Assembly: GCF_006345805.1 (NCBI RefSeq)
Contig: NC_043010.1
Location: 40,114,001-40,178,000 of the forward strand
DNA length: 64,000 nt
Direction: 5' to 3'
DNA from: Octopus sinensis
Taxonomy: Eukaryota
Of this stretch, positions 27,522-42,208 are shown one piece after another. The stretch's first letter is position 1; the number at the start of each line of letters is the position of its first letter. Below the pieces are notes generated by a model. It ran no database searches and had not been told where the DNA came from. It was given only the letters and a program-made list of their open reading frames with translations. The translations under genes and the position numbers were made by a program.

Positions 27522-27788
27522 TTTTATTTGTTTCAGTCATTTCAATGCAGCCATGCCGGAGCACCAGTCAAGCTGTTTTAGCTGAAGAAACCGACCCCAG
27601 GATTTATTCGTTGTAAGCCTAGTACTTATGCTATCAGCCTCTTATGCCGAACCGCTAGGTTACTGGAACGTAAACACACCAACATCGGTTGTCGAGCGAT
27701 GGTTGGATGGGGAGGAGAAACACAGACGTAAAGACGGCTCTATGTGGTTGGGAAGCAAGATTCTTACCGCACAACCACGCCTGCGCCC
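27522..27788 (-). mobile_element. SINE family A, internally deleted
   Basis: Tail and head present; central body missing. Confidence 0.75.
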
Positions 27789-28050
27789 ACCCACACAGCC
27801 GCACCTGCGTCAATGATGATGATGATGATGATCCTTGCATAATGGTGATGAAGAGGTATACGTAATGGTTTGCATGTTATTATCGTTTCGTTTCCACTGA
27901 TTCTAATCAAGAAAACGCACATTCGGAGATGTTCCAGCCGTGACAGCCTCGTTTTACGTAAAAATCAATAGAAAATATAGTGTGCGGGAGGTAGAGGAAT
28001 AATGAGTGGATAAACCGATTTTCACTGCATTATTTACATTATTTATCTTT

Positions 28051-28274
28051 GACGAATATTTGTACTCACCTTGTTTGTTGCTAACACAATGATTCGGCTG
28101 ATGTACCCTCCAGTCTTCATCAGGTGTCTTGGAGGAGATTTCGAACCCGGGTTCTCATTCCCGAGGTATTTTTCGAACCAGGTTCGAAATTTCCCCAAGA
28201 CACCTGATGAAGGCTGGAAGGTATAACAGTCGAAACGTTGTGTTAACAACAAACAAGATGAGGACAAATATCGT
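28051..28274. mobile_element. Inverted duplication of a Penelope-type pLTR fragment carrying hammerheads
   Basis: Arms at about 28051-28147 and 28181-28274 are reverse complements around a 33-nt spacer. Confidence 0.8.
28199..28244 (+). ncRNA. Minimal type I hammerhead ribozyme with palindromic stem III
   Basis: GACAC-CTGATGA-A-GGCTG gaaggtataa CAGTC-GAAACGTT-GTGTT. Stems I and II pair, and stem III is the ACGU palindrome. Confidence 0.7.
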
Positions 28275-28707
28275 ACATACTTCCTCGTGTCTTAAATATA
28301 GAACTGTGGTTATCACTACATATGTTTCAGAGTCAGAATTCATTAACACATTGATTCACAAATTGACCATGAAATAACGGGCGAGATTATATAACAATAC
28401 GGAGTGACGTGTTTCACTCCCTTGGACACATCTTCAGGTAATAATTCATAAATGAGATGCCACCGATAGAGCCACAGGAGCATCGCGCGCGCACATATAT
28501 ATGTGTAAGAGACAAATTTATTGGATATTTCATTAGAATGTGATTCGTAGGTAACGTCAGCGTTAAGCAATTGAACGGATGTCCCTTCGTATCAATAAAA
28601 ATGTTCTGAAGATGCACCATCGCTTCTTGTTTTTTTAATTTCTGTTTTTTTTCTATATTTTAATTAGGTTTTGTTCCAGATTGTATTTAGTTTCTTTCAA
28701 CTTCTTA

Positions 28708-29176
<469 letters not shown>

Positions 29177-29413
29177 CATACGTCTAAAATAATAATAACA
29201 ATACTCTTCTTGTTGCATGTCCTGAAGACCAGAGCAAACCTACGAACAATCACCACACGCTGTTTAATGAGGAGAAAGAAAGTGTAAATAGATTTATACA
29301 ATCGTACGTGCCTTTTCGTTTTCAAAAAATGGTTCGAGGCCAGTTCCAGAAGATCTAGCCTTTATTATAAGCTGCCTAAGTGACGCAACGTTACTGCTGT
29401 TCCTTTAACTTAC

Positions 29414-29455
29414 TTCTGCCCACAGTAGTTTCATCACCTAGTGATTTATAACGGT
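29414..29455 (-). CDS. Candidate 42-nt internal exon
   Basis: ttactgcag|AC CGT TAT AAA TCA CTA GGT GAT GAA ACT ACT GTG GGC AGA A|gtaagt (RYKSLGDETTVGR). Phase 1/1, in frame with 25028-25173. Confidence 0.45.
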
Positions 29456-29585
29456 CTGCAGTAATTGATGACGACGACGACGATGATGATGATGATGATA
29501 AGAAGGAGGAGGAGGTGGAGGAATACGAAGATGATGATGACAATGATTATGATGACGATTGGTGGCGGTAGTATTAGTAATGGAA

Positions 29586-29965
29586 GCACTCCGTCGGTTA
29601 CGACGACGAGGGTTCCGGTTGATCCGAATCAACGGAACAGCCTGCTCGTGAAATTAACGTGTAAGTGGCTGAGCACTCCACAGACACGTGTAACCTTAAC
29701 ATAGTTCTCGGGGATATTCAGCGTGACACAGAGAGTGACAAGGCCGGCCCTTTGAAATAGAGGTACAACAGAAACAGGAAGTAAGAGTGAGAGAAAGTTG
29801 TGGTGAAAGAGTACAGCAGGGATCACCACCATCCCCTGCCGGAACCTCGTGGAGCTTTAGGTGTTTTCGCTCAATAAACACTCACAACGCCCGGTCTGGG
29901 AATCGAAACCGCGATCCTATGACCGCGAGTTCGCTTCCCTAACCACTGGGCCATTGCGCCTCCCC
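29586..29965 (-). mobile_element. SINE family B, full length
   Basis: tRNA-like head, and 3' end GGAACCCTCGTCGTCGTAACCGACGGAGTGC. Confidence 0.9.
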
Positions 29966-30059
29966 CGTATTAGTAATAGTAGTTTGCCGATCAGATTCAT
30001 CGCGTCGGTACGGCCTAAGTTATCATGGTAATGAATGGTGTCAAAAATAATGGCAATAA

Positions 30060-30445
30060 TCCTTTCTACTATAGGCACAAGACTTGAAGTTTTGTGGGAG
30101 GGGGCAGTCGATGAGATAGACCCCAGTACGCAACTCGTACTTAATTTATCGACCTGGAAAGGATGAGAGGCAAGGTCGACCACGGCGGCATTTCGCCCAG
30201 CGTCGTAACGGTTCTTATTTCTTTATTGCCCACGAGGGGCTAAACGTAGAGGGGACAAACAAGGACAGACAAAGAGATTGAGTCGATTACATCGACCCCA
30301 GTGTGCAAAAGTACTTAACTTATCGACCCCGCGTAAGGATAAAAGGCAAAGTTGACCATGGCGGAATTCGAACTCAGAATGAAGTGACGGGTGAAATATC
30401 GCTATGCATTTCGTCCAGTGTGGTTACGCTTCTGACAGCTCGCCG
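30060..30445 (-). mobile_element. SINE family C concatemer
   Basis: Repeated partial family C units. Confidence 0.8.
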
Positions 30446-30747
30446 GCTCGATGATAATGATGATTATAATGGTGACTATGGTGATGGTTAACGCTCACTG
30501 CGAAAAAAACAAATTCGTTGGAAGTTTGTGGTGTTGGTATTGTTTGAAATATGTGTTGATCGGTTAAAGCAAGGCGGCATGTGTAACGATACATTGACAG
30601 ACGATATAGGGCTCTCGAAGCCTTGTGGCAGCAATTAAACGATTGTGTCATTTCCAGATATTTAATACAATATAACTGGGCAATTCATTATGAAGCTTCG
30701 AGAGTACGTTATAGATACATGCACAAATACATACAAACAAACATATG

Positions 30748-30749
<2 letters not shown>

Positions 30750-30793
<44 letters not shown>

Positions 30794-30802
30794 TATGTTA
30801 TA

Positions 30803-30877
<75 letters not shown>

Positions 30878-30907
30878 TATATAACATATATATACATATA
30901 TATATAC

Positions 30908-30940
<33 letters not shown>

Positions 30941-31152
30941 ATATAGTATATATATATATATATATAATACATATATATATATATATAAATTATATATATA
31001 TCTATATATATATATAATATATATATATATATTATATTATATATATATATATACATATATTATATATTACATATATATATATATCATATCTGTATATATA
31101 TAGATATATATATATATTACATCTATATACATATAATATACATATATATATA

Positions 31153-31204
<52 letters not shown>

Positions 31205-31211
31205 CATATTC

Positions 31212-31300
<89 letters not shown>
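30750..31300. repeat. Long imperfect (TA)n microsatellite
   Basis: Directly visible. Confidence 0.95.
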
Positions 31301-31303
<3 letters not shown>

Positions 31304-31413
31304 AGCAAACACACCAACACGCTCACAAAGACGCACGCACACATATATTTTGTTGGGCTTAATGAATATTAGTAGAAAAACTGCAGACACTGGCAATACT
31401 GACAAATCACAGC

Positions 31414-31458
<45 letters not shown>

Positions 31459-31969
31459 GCAGTAGTCGTAAACAGAATTGGTAGACCTGGAACCGGAGAA
31501 GAATTATGAGGTGAGTCACACGTCTGCAGATCGCATGTAAAAGGAACACCACCATTTGTCTGCAAATGTGTGAGCAACCGTGCGTGTATTGTCTCAATCT
31601 AGCGTAATAAATGGATATTATTTATACTTGTATACATTTATATGTGTATTGAAGAATGCAACTGTGTGAGCGTATACTTAACAAGTACATACCCACGAAT
31701 ATTATACATGTATTAGCCACTACCCACATAACTACGAACGTTATGTGAAACCTAGTGCATACACACACACGCACACACACACACACACACGCACCAACAC
31801 ACACGTATATGTATGCATATGTCAGTGTATATATCTATGTATACATGTGATGCATGAATATACACGTGTATAAATATATATGTACATATATATTTTTTGA
31901 TCTACGTGTGTGTGTGTATAAATGTAAGTAGTTTCATAGATATATGTGTACATAATTCTGTATACACAC

Positions 31970-32000
<31 letters not shown>

Positions 32001-32254
32001 TATATTAATATATACATACATATATAAATATATATAAGTATGTAATGAATGCATGTATGTATGTCTATATATGTATTATATATAATATATATATACATGT
32101 ACATATATATTATATATATGTATATATATACATATATATATATTATATATATATATATAACATATTATATATATACATGTACATATATAAATATATATAT
32201 GTATATGATGTATGTATGTATGTATGTATGTATGTATGTATGTATGTATGTATG

Positions 32255-32285
<31 letters not shown>

Positions 32286-32744
32286 TATATATTATATATA
32301 TTCATAACATGCATGCCGGGAGATTAATGTATTATTGCAAATGACATATCCGTGCGTAAATCCAGAATAGCTTCGTGATGGTAGGAAATAATTTTTGTCT
32401 GAATGGATTACAAAATCAACAGGAGAAATTGCGAAGGAAAAAGAACATATATAAAAAAAAATATGTAGAAAACATTAACGGCGTGCACAGCAACACCCAA
32501 ATACTAATAATTCATATTAACCTCGAGTAGGTTTTTTTGCCATACATAATTATTGTAATCGTCCCTTTTCTCAGCCTTGTGGTGATGGAATTTCTATTGA
32601 TATTTTAACCTGCTTTTGTATATGTATTAGGTATTGTGTTCTCAAGTCTCCCCCAAGGTTTAAAATATTTTAATACGTATGGCATGTTTTGTTGTAATAA
32701 TGAAGAACCTTGTTGTCCAATAAAGAGGAAGGAGGAGAGGAGAA

Positions 32745-32930
32745 AAGGATCTAAAAGAAGAAGATGTAAAAGAAGAAGATGTAGATGATGTAGAAGAAGA
32801 AGAAGAAGAAGAAGAAGAAGAAGAGAAGAAGAAGAAGAAGAAGAAGAAGCAGAAGAAGTAGAAGTAGAAGAAGAAGAAGAAGAAGAAGAAGAAGAAGAAG
32901 AAGAAGAAGAAGAAGAAGAAGAAGAAGAAG
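32745..32930. repeat. (GAA)n polypurine tract
   Basis: Directly visible. Confidence 0.95.
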
Positions 32931-33943
32931 ATGCATCAACGAGCTCCCTCTGCGGGAAGATTAAATCTGAGTTCATCGTCAAACTTGATTTAAGAAACAG
33001 CAAAGAAATATAAAATATTTTTTTATGGAAGTCATTCCAGGAAACAGAGATTTTTCTTACATATGACGCATAATCTCTTCTAGATACGTTATCACAGCGC
33101 AACATGTGCGTAAAGGCGTGAACAGCACGAAGAGTTAAGATATGCGTATACAACAACATTGTCAGTAAGAAAATCAATCTTATACGTGCTCCGATTTCTA
33201 CACATATACACATTACTGGGTTTTTTTTCGTTATATACCTACAAATATAATTTGTATACAAATTCACACGCGAACATATACACACTTCCACGTGCTAATA
33301 AAACAACAAACAAAAGGACACCAAATATTTCAATAACTAAAAAAAATCTACAACACACACTTCATTTTAAACAGAGGGAAAAAACAGTTATGCTCGATAA
33401 TGGAAATATCACGAGAAAAGAAAACAAAGGTGAATTCCCATTTGTGAGAATCGAGCAATCACGCTACAAGAGAAGGATCTTTTCTGTTTAGCCTCCAGTT
33501 TTTGAAATTTTAAAATTAAGTGAAAATTTTCAAATTTGGTGTATTGATGTAACTTTTCACGCTGAATCTGATGTTATCATTCATTTGTTCCAGAAAAAAA
33601 AGCTTAGCAAAATATTATAGAGGTTTAAAGTTTGATTATTTCTATCCTATAAGGAAACAGGATTTGGAAGCTGGCATTTTCTGTGTGATACCCTTTATTA
33701 AACAAAATGAAACCAATATAATACGATGACAAAAGTTGTAAGTTTCGAAGTTTTAATTAGCCATGCGAAACGTTCGAACAAGCAATATAAACAAGGACAA
33801 ATATTCAATTAATTCTTTGGATGGGGAAGAATACAAAAAGTCTTACTGTACGTTAAATTACAATAAAAAACCGTACCTTATACTGCCGTTGTTCAGTTCA
33901 TGTAAATAATAGTGAAATTTCAAAAACAGATTTTTGATACACA

Positions 33944-34057
33944 CTAGGGTTAGAGCTAGGCTTTAGGGTTAAAATTAGGATTTAGGGTTTGAGTCATGGC
34001 TTAGGTTGTAGTTGAGGCTTACAATTAGAATTCAGGTTCAGTCTTAGGGTTTAGGGT
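33944..34057 (+). repeat. Degenerate TTAGGG-like hexamer tract
   Basis: About 18 imperfect 6-7-nt units, several TTAGGG(T). Confidence 0.6.
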
Positions 34058-35090
34058 CCTTTCGACAAATGGATAACGCGGGATTAATCAATTAGTAACA
34101 TATTTTTAGTGAAGATTTTTCTAAAATATGATTCAGGGTGAAACAATACACCGATATACTAAAGTTGCAAATAACAATACATTTTTCTATAGCAGAAATT
34201 CAAAATGAAAGTTCAGAATATAGGTACGTAGTGGTTGTAATCTTAGATAACAGCTTGGCTTGTTGCTATGGGAATAGGTACCAATGTGCCTGTGGTTTTG
34301 CGATTAGTTAAAATTACCCAAAATTGGCAAATTTTAAAAGCTGTTAACTTTTAATTTATTAATTTATGGCAAAAATGAAGAATGGTGAAATATTCTCATT
34401 AAAAGAATCAACTTTACAAATGAACCAAACCAATATAATCACTTGATATTATTAATGATTACGTTCTCATTACTATTCAATTCCTGGGAAATTAAACTCT
34501 CAATAAACACATCAAACTCTCTCTCACACACACATACACACTCACACACTCACGCACACATATACACACACGCATGTGCACACACATTTGAGAGTCTTTC
34601 CAGACAATTTGGTGAATTCTATAGCTAAGCAGCCACTGAAACGGTGACCAAATACAAAAACCACTGGACCATTTAATGACTAAAAGTAACAATTCATTGC
34701 AGCTGATAAAAAGTTTGACCAGTTTTGACCTGTCATCAAATCAACAATCTCGTAAAATACTTCTTTATATATATATATATATATGTATACATATGTATAT
34801 ATATATATATGTATATATATATGTATGTATATGTATATATATGTATGTATATGTATATATATATATATATATATGTATGTATATGTATATATATGTATAT
34901 ATATGTATATATGTATATATATGTATATATATGTATATATATATATACATATATATATATGTGTGTGTGTGTATATATACGTATATATATATATATATTT
35001 ATGTGTGTGTGTGTGTTTTTGTGTGTGTATATATATATATATATATAAATATATATATTATATATTTATATATATATACATATATATATA

Positions 35091-35260
35091 GGGAGAATTC
35101 TCATAGAGAATTCACGAAGACAGGTGGTATAGAAAACAAACAGATGTATTAGTATAACGCTCGAGAATTGAAAAAGTTTTTAACGTTTCGAGCCTACGCT
35201 CTTGCACAGAAAGGAACGCAGAAAGAAACAAGGAGCGAAAGAAGGAGAGAAGAAATATAC
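35091..35260 (-). mobile_element. Dispersed HHR-like repeat, copy 3
   Basis: The minus strand reads CTTT-CTGTGCAA-GAGC gtag GCTC-GAAACGTT-AAAA, adjacent to (TA)n. Confidence 0.7.
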
Positions 35261-37068
35261 TTGTCTTTTATTCTTCCTTCTGTAACCAAGCGTTCAGAAA
35301 TCATATGCTTTGTTTAAACAATTCCCCGTATACATATTCAAACAGACAACCTCAAAATGATAAGGACCAACTCAGCTACATCTCGAACATCCTTTGTTTT
35401 TCAAAACCCAAAAAATGAACTCTTGGACTTTTTCAACTAACATATATAGAAAAAAAAATTTAAACTGTCCACAATTGAGGACGAAACCCTGGAGGCGATG
35501 AAACGGCTCAATAAACAGTATTTAACCAAATTCTGACCATCTTCATTCATTCATTATTACGAAATATCTTTACACCACTATAAACTATCTACACTTGTAC
35601 GAACTCACACACGCGTATTCAATGATATGTATACACACTCAGACACACACACACGCATATATATATACTTTTATCTGTTTCAGTCATTTGACTGCCGCCA
35701 TGCTGGAGCACCACCTTCAAGGGTTTTAGTCCAACAGGTCTTATTCTTTGTAAGCCTAGTACTTATTCTCTCGGTTCCTTTTGCCGTACCTCTCGGTTAC
35801 TGGTACATAAATTCCCCAACGTTGGCTGCTTTCATCGTCTTTGCCATATCCTTGGTATAGGAGGCTAGTGGTTGCTAGCACTTGACGAACGTGCAACCCC
35901 TGTCTATGGACGGAAGGATAGTGATAACAATCCTGGTAAATAAATGCATAATATGAGCAGGCATAAAAAATTAGAATATCTTCTTTAGAGTATAAGTATT
36001 TCTTTCTAAGTAGATTGTATATAATAATTGCTTTAAATATGCTTGCACAAACTTAATCATTGTTTTTTACACAGCTGGCGTTTGTGAGTTTGTGTAATAA
36101 GTTTCAGGAATTTGCATACATGCATATATATTTACACATGCATACATGCATATACGCACGCACACAAACACACACACACATATGTACACACATGCTCACA
36201 TACACATACACACACACACACACAACATATGTACAGAGAGAAAGAGAGACAGAGACAGACAGGGAGAGAGAGAGGGAGAGAGAGAAAGACGTTTTCTCTC
36301 ATATATATACATATATACATTTATCTGCTGTGAAATCTTTAATTTGCAGGAAAATTTAGTGCAACATAGTGTTGATAAGTTAGACATCAGAAGAGACATT
36401 TCCAATTACCAAACACATATTTTATGTGGGCAGCCGACTGATGCATGCCCTTAACATTAATGCCCAAACTTATACGAACAAAACGTAGTCCTCTATTATT
36501 TATTAAAACAAGAAAAAATGCCCCTTAAAAACAAAGTAGCGATTTAATACATAAAATGTGCGCTTTATCAAATAGTTTGTGCGCTTGGAAGGCGATTCAT
36601 GCAGTAATATCAAGTAATATTCTTGAATCGATATAATATAGTTTACATGGTGGTTAAGACGTAAGACATCAAAGACTTCCTATCTTTTACAATTACAAAA
36701 TCAAATACTTATATTTCATTACGTTATCTGAAAATGACATGTCTACAGAAATAATGAGATAGGAGTTTTATATTGTATCCATTTAATAATAAGCACCAGT
36801 AAACTTCTGCCAATAACCTTTATTATATGGCCACTTTGTTATTATTAGATAAATGTCCCTGCTTGTCATATTTAATCTTGTTTCCCTTTATTTAGATATT
36901 AATGTGTCTCTTTACTTCAGCTCCGTTCTCGTATGGTGCAGCAGTATAACTTTCTTCAAACGCTGATCAGTCTCTTGATTTTATCTATATTATAAAAATG
37001 CCTTTACTTGCAACATAAAATTGCGTACATATATATATATATGTATATATATATCTATGTATATATAC

Positions 37069-37114
<46 letters not shown>

Positions 37115-37193
37115 ATATATATTTATGTATATATATATATATATATATTTATGCATATATTTATATATATATATATTTAGATAGATAGATACA

Positions 37194-37247
<54 letters not shown>

Positions 37248-37639
37248 TAGATATATATATATATATACATACACACACACATATATATATATAGATGTAT
37301 CATATAACGGTGTATTGAAATTAAAGTGACTGCAGTATTTGCCTGGCACATATCGACCGCCTGAACGATGTGGAAGCCACAGTGACAGTCATATCTCCAC
37401 CATATCATATGTTACTACTGAATTAAATAACAACTTTTTTAAAAAACAGGAACACTAAATTTGGGCGGAAAGGGTTTTGCCAATACCATTGTACCTTATT
37501 AGTACCTCATTTGATCGACCACAACCAGCATCTGAACTCAAAGCCTTAAAAAGCTAGACAATATACCAGAAAGCATTTTTCTAAAGCTTTAGTGATTTTT
37601 TTCCGCTCATTACCTTTTAGAACAGGACCTGCATTTTAC

Positions 37640-38670
37640 AGCGAGTGCAATTCAATTGAGTACTTGATTGGTACTCTATTTTATCAACATTGAAATCAGG
37701 AAAATCGCAGTTGACGTCGGCGAAAATTGAACCCGGAGCGTACAGCCGCGCAAGAAACTTCGCTGGGGTTTTAACCGACGTGCTAACGATTGTGGCATCA
37801 CAAGTAATCATTTCAGTCTCAGGCAGAATGCTTGAAATTTTGAGGAAGCAGGATAGTCAATTACATCGACCCTAGTGATTGATTGGTACTGATCTTATCG
37901 ATCTCTGAAAGGATGACAGGCAAAGTCGACATCGGTGGAATATGCCGCTCAGCATTTTGCCGGCGCGGTAACGATTTTGCCAGCTAGATTTTTTTATTAA
38001 GCATAAAACCCCAACGATTCGTATTTCTTTACTAGCCACAAGGGGCTAAACACAGAGGAGACAAACAAGGAAATACAAAGGGATTAAGTCGGTTACATCG
38101 ACCCCAGTGCGTAACTGGTACTTAATTTATCGACCCTGAAAGGATGAAAGGCAAAGTCGACCTCGGCGGAATTTGAACTCAGAACGTAGGGGCAGACGAA
38201 ATACCTATTTTTTTACTACCCACAAGGGGCTAAACACAGAGAGGACAAATAAGGACAGACAAACAGATTAAGTCGGTTATATCGACCCCAGTGCGTAACT
38301 GGTACTTATTTCATCGACCCCGAAAGGATGAAAGGCAAAGTCGATCTCGGCGGAATTTGAACTCGGAACGTAGCGGTAGACAAAATACCGCTAAGCATTT
38401 TGCCCGGCGCGGTAACGATTCTGCCAACTCGCCACATTAATACCGCTTCATATAATCCTTTCTACAGATAATCCTTTCTGCTAGAGGCACAAGACCTTAA
38501 ACTTGGGGGAGGGAGACAGTCGATTACATCGACCTCAGTACTCAACTGGTACTTATTTTATGAAACTTAAACTCGTCCTCGGCAGGATTTGAGCTCAGAA
38601 CGTACATACGGGCGAAATGCTGGTAAGTATTTTCCCAGCGTACTAAAAGTTCTGCCAGCCCACCGCGCTA
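37640..38670 (-). mobile_element. Cluster/concatemer of SINE family C copies
   Basis: At least five same-orientation units; two are head-to-tail with a 184-bp period (38021-38433). Confidence 0.85.
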
Positions 38671-39209
38671 ACACCGCTTAAATAATTAGAGGACAAATCA
38701 CATAATAGTTATCAGCCTTGAATATTTAGCTTAGTGATGTCTGACACCAAGGACAATGCATCAAGTACAAGTACTAGTTGAGAACTAGGGTCGATATAAT
38801 CAACTGAACCCCTCTTCTAAAACTGTTGTTAGTCTTGTACCATAATTTGAAACCAATATTTTATAAAACTCTAATGCCCCCCATTAAAAAGAATCTTCGT
38901 GAAATATTAAACTCCGGTCTTCCCCACAAGTTAAAATACTTCATTTCATTTCACCAAGAATTTCTGATTATCGTTTGCTGATCCAGAGCGCCACTACTTT
39001 AGCAGTATTCTCCTGATTTACTTCACTATTTCAGTGCCACATTTTTCAATGATCCGTGAATTTTTCATGGAACTTATTGAAATATAACAACAATGAAATT
39101 GTTGTTATTCTAGTACCGTTTTGTATAGCATTCTATTATATATATATTTATATAGGCGTGGAACGAGTCTATCTAATATTTCACTTCAGAGAAACATTAC
39201 AGCTAGTAA

Positions 39210-39440
39210 AGGTGGCGAGCTGGCAGAATCGTTAGCACGCCGGGCGAAATGCGTAGCGGCATTTCGCCTGTCGCTACGTTCTGAGTTCAAATTCCGCCGA
39301 GGTCGACTTTGCCTTTCATCCTTTCGGGGTCGATATATTAAGTACCAGTTATGCACTGGGGTCGACGTAATCGACTTAATCCCTTTGTCTGTCTTTGTTT
39401 GTCCCCTCTATGTTTAGCCCCTTGTGAGCAGTAAAAAAAA
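39210..39440 (+). mobile_element. Full-length SINE family C with 20-bp TSD
   Basis: AGAAACATTACAGCTAGTAA at 39190-39209 and 39441-39460, with an A-rich tail. Confidence 0.92.
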
Positions 39441-40836
39441 AGAAACATTACAGCTAGTAACGTACTGTGTTTCTCTGCACGTCCTAGTGTTATACAAACC
39501 GGTATTTTAATATAATGCTGTTTCAAGTGTATACCTTATGTAATAATGTAGGAAGGTTTCGTCTTTGAATTTTAAGAAAGTTCTTAAGAGATTTGAAACC
39601 AGTTGCTAATGAAGCGATAAGATATTTTGAGCTGAGAGAATTTCCGGTGTTGGTAAATATGTGGTTGAGTTGGTTGAGGTGGTGGAAATGTTGATGCACG
39701 CACCAAATTGTATGCATACATTAACTTCGACGCAAGCTGAGCTTAGAACACAGAGAGTCTGAGCAAATACTGACAATCATTTTATCCGGTGTTCTAATGA
39801 CTCTTTTAATATAATGAATTCAATACTTAAAAATTACTAAGCTTGAAATTATTACTGCGAATACAAGTCATCAATTGTTAGAAAATCTTCGTCATATCTA
39901 AGGAATTGACAAGTAAGCCTCTACATGGCTGCTTTTGTCTTCTAGAAATAACAACCAAATTATTACATATATTTGGATATTGTAGCTCTAGTTATGTTGC
40001 GTGTAACAATAAGATGGAATGGTGAAGACTGGATAACGGGATTATAGGTGCCTGCATGAACAAAGCTGACTTAGTGCTAAATGACAATATAACAATAACA
40101 TTATTGTCGTAACATTTCTAACAGTCATTTTTGCCTTACTTTGTTACATGAGAGAAAATTCCATAGTAAAAACCATATATATATATAATGGAATTTGTTT
40201 TGAGTTAAGCATTTTTGAATGTAGAATATATTGCAGTGCAACATTGTTCGAACGTTGTTTAATGCTAAGTCCACAATCATTATTTCCACAAATATATCAT
40301 TTCCTTAAAGTGACGCTGAAATGACAGCTATTTCTAAAGCCTCACACTTAAAGAGCTCATACTGTTTTAGCGACGTCCATTTGTGTTCTGCTTTAGATTA
40401 TTTCCCTGATGGAATCAATTTTTACCTTCATCAGAAGGGACAGAACTAAAACCTAACGTCTGCGTACAGTGATCGATTCGGTGTATGTACTATGCCTCTA
40501 TACGAGTCTGATCTACCACTGGAACATATCAATAGACTATTGCTTAAAGGAGGGTTAATGTGTAAATTTAAAAAAAAAACTCTAGGAAGTTTGACAATAT
40601 TTATCATCATTTAGAGTGTTTCGTAAATCGATTCTAATTACCATTTGTGATACCTTGTAAAATGATGCACTCAGAGAATAAATATTAGCGTCTATGACCG
40701 TTTATAGGGTCTCCGAGGATTGAAAGAAAAAGAAAAGAAATTGTTCTCTGACTGAAGACCTGGTAGCAATATTTGCAAAAGAATGTATTCCCTGAAATAC
40801 ACTCTACTGTCAGGTCGTGGAGTTGAACCAGTTTAC

Positions 40837-40902
40837 CGATTAAGTCCGTCGCAGAAGAAAATGAATTGCCACTCTGACCAGCATTCGCACACTTCCTGTC
40901 TT
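40837..40902 (-). CDS. Candidate 66-nt internal exon
   Basis: ttttttattgatgtttag|AA...ATC G|gtaaac, DRKCANAGQSGNSFSSATDLI, phase 1/1. Confidence 0.3.
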
Positions 40903-42170
40903 CTAAACATCAATAAAAAACGTATTGGCCCACCTTAATTCTATAGTAGAAAACACCCTCTACTTTACTGCACTGTAAGATCGAACGTGAAGCTACGTAG
41001 TTTCGAGGTTTCTAAATTTAATAGCTATGCCTGCTTACTTTCATTATTACTTTCTCACATGGGAAACAGAATGTACGAGGTATGTAGTGTGTTTGATTCA
41101 ATCGGTTATAAATCTAACCTAACAAACGCCCAGTCTTTCATCCAGATGGGAAAAGTCGATAGCTTAATTTGAAATGGACTTGCCACTGATTGGTAAAATA
41201 AGCGACAAGCAGCACCATCAAATTGTTTTAATTTCCAGACAAACTACATCATTTTTTCATTTTTCCATGCCAGTAAGAAGAGCATTGACGTAAAAACTTT
41301 CCTTTTATTCCAACTTAAACTACATATGGTTTATACTTACTTAAAAACTGTGCTACTATGGTTCATTTTAAAAATACATTACCGAACAATTGAGTTGATT
41401 TCTCTCCGGTGAAATGTGTCGTACTAAATGCAATGTTCTGAATGGCTATCTTAAAGTTTACGACTTTCAAAGAATAGGTCATAAACCGGTAAAGTCTTCC
41501 TATGATTATAACAGTGAATCCTTTAATTTGGTCAGATCAAAATGCCAGGTCAGTAGAAGTAATAAGATCAACATAGACGTATTATCCATTATCCGTTACT
41601 ATTCACAATTTTGGTTGCATCTTAACTGTTAACACGTATTTTGGCCTAAATTTCTCTAACATTATGTATCATGAAGCATTATTCTTCTATGACTTTGTTT
41701 AATGTTCTATCCCTTTATTTAATATTTACGAGTCTTTAATATAATGCAGTGTAGCTTTCTTCAAAGCTTGTTCACTCATTTATTTCTATTCACTTTCGCA
41801 ACTTCTTTTTATATTTCACCCGAATAATTAAATTATTATTACATTTATACGAATCTGGTGAAGTGGCAGAATCATCTGAGCTTCACAATAAATGAACTAC
41901 GGTATATAATTTCTACTCTCTTCATTCTGAACAGAAATCCTGCTGGGTCAGCTTAGATTCAGCCTTTGTTGATAATAGAATAAGCACCGAAAACTACAAA
42001 ACTGTTGGTATAAATTTAATATAAAGGAAACCCTTTCTAACATGTTGTCCTGTCCAAAGGAGCCCTTATAGTGTGATTCTATTTTCTCTTTCCACGTGAA
42101 TTATCAAAAGAAACAAATTAAAAAAAATTTTTACATCAATACATGACAATTAAGCAGAGTTCATACGGCG

Positions 42171-42208
<38 letters not shown>

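Noticed and set aside
31470-31560. Exon candidates on both strands ([12 protein letters not shown] on +; TNGGVPFTCDLQ on -)
   Set aside because: Each lacks one good splice signal, so the strand cannot be decided.
37640-38670. CRISPR-like array
   Set aside because: The repeats are long SINE units without unique spacers, in a eukaryotic context.
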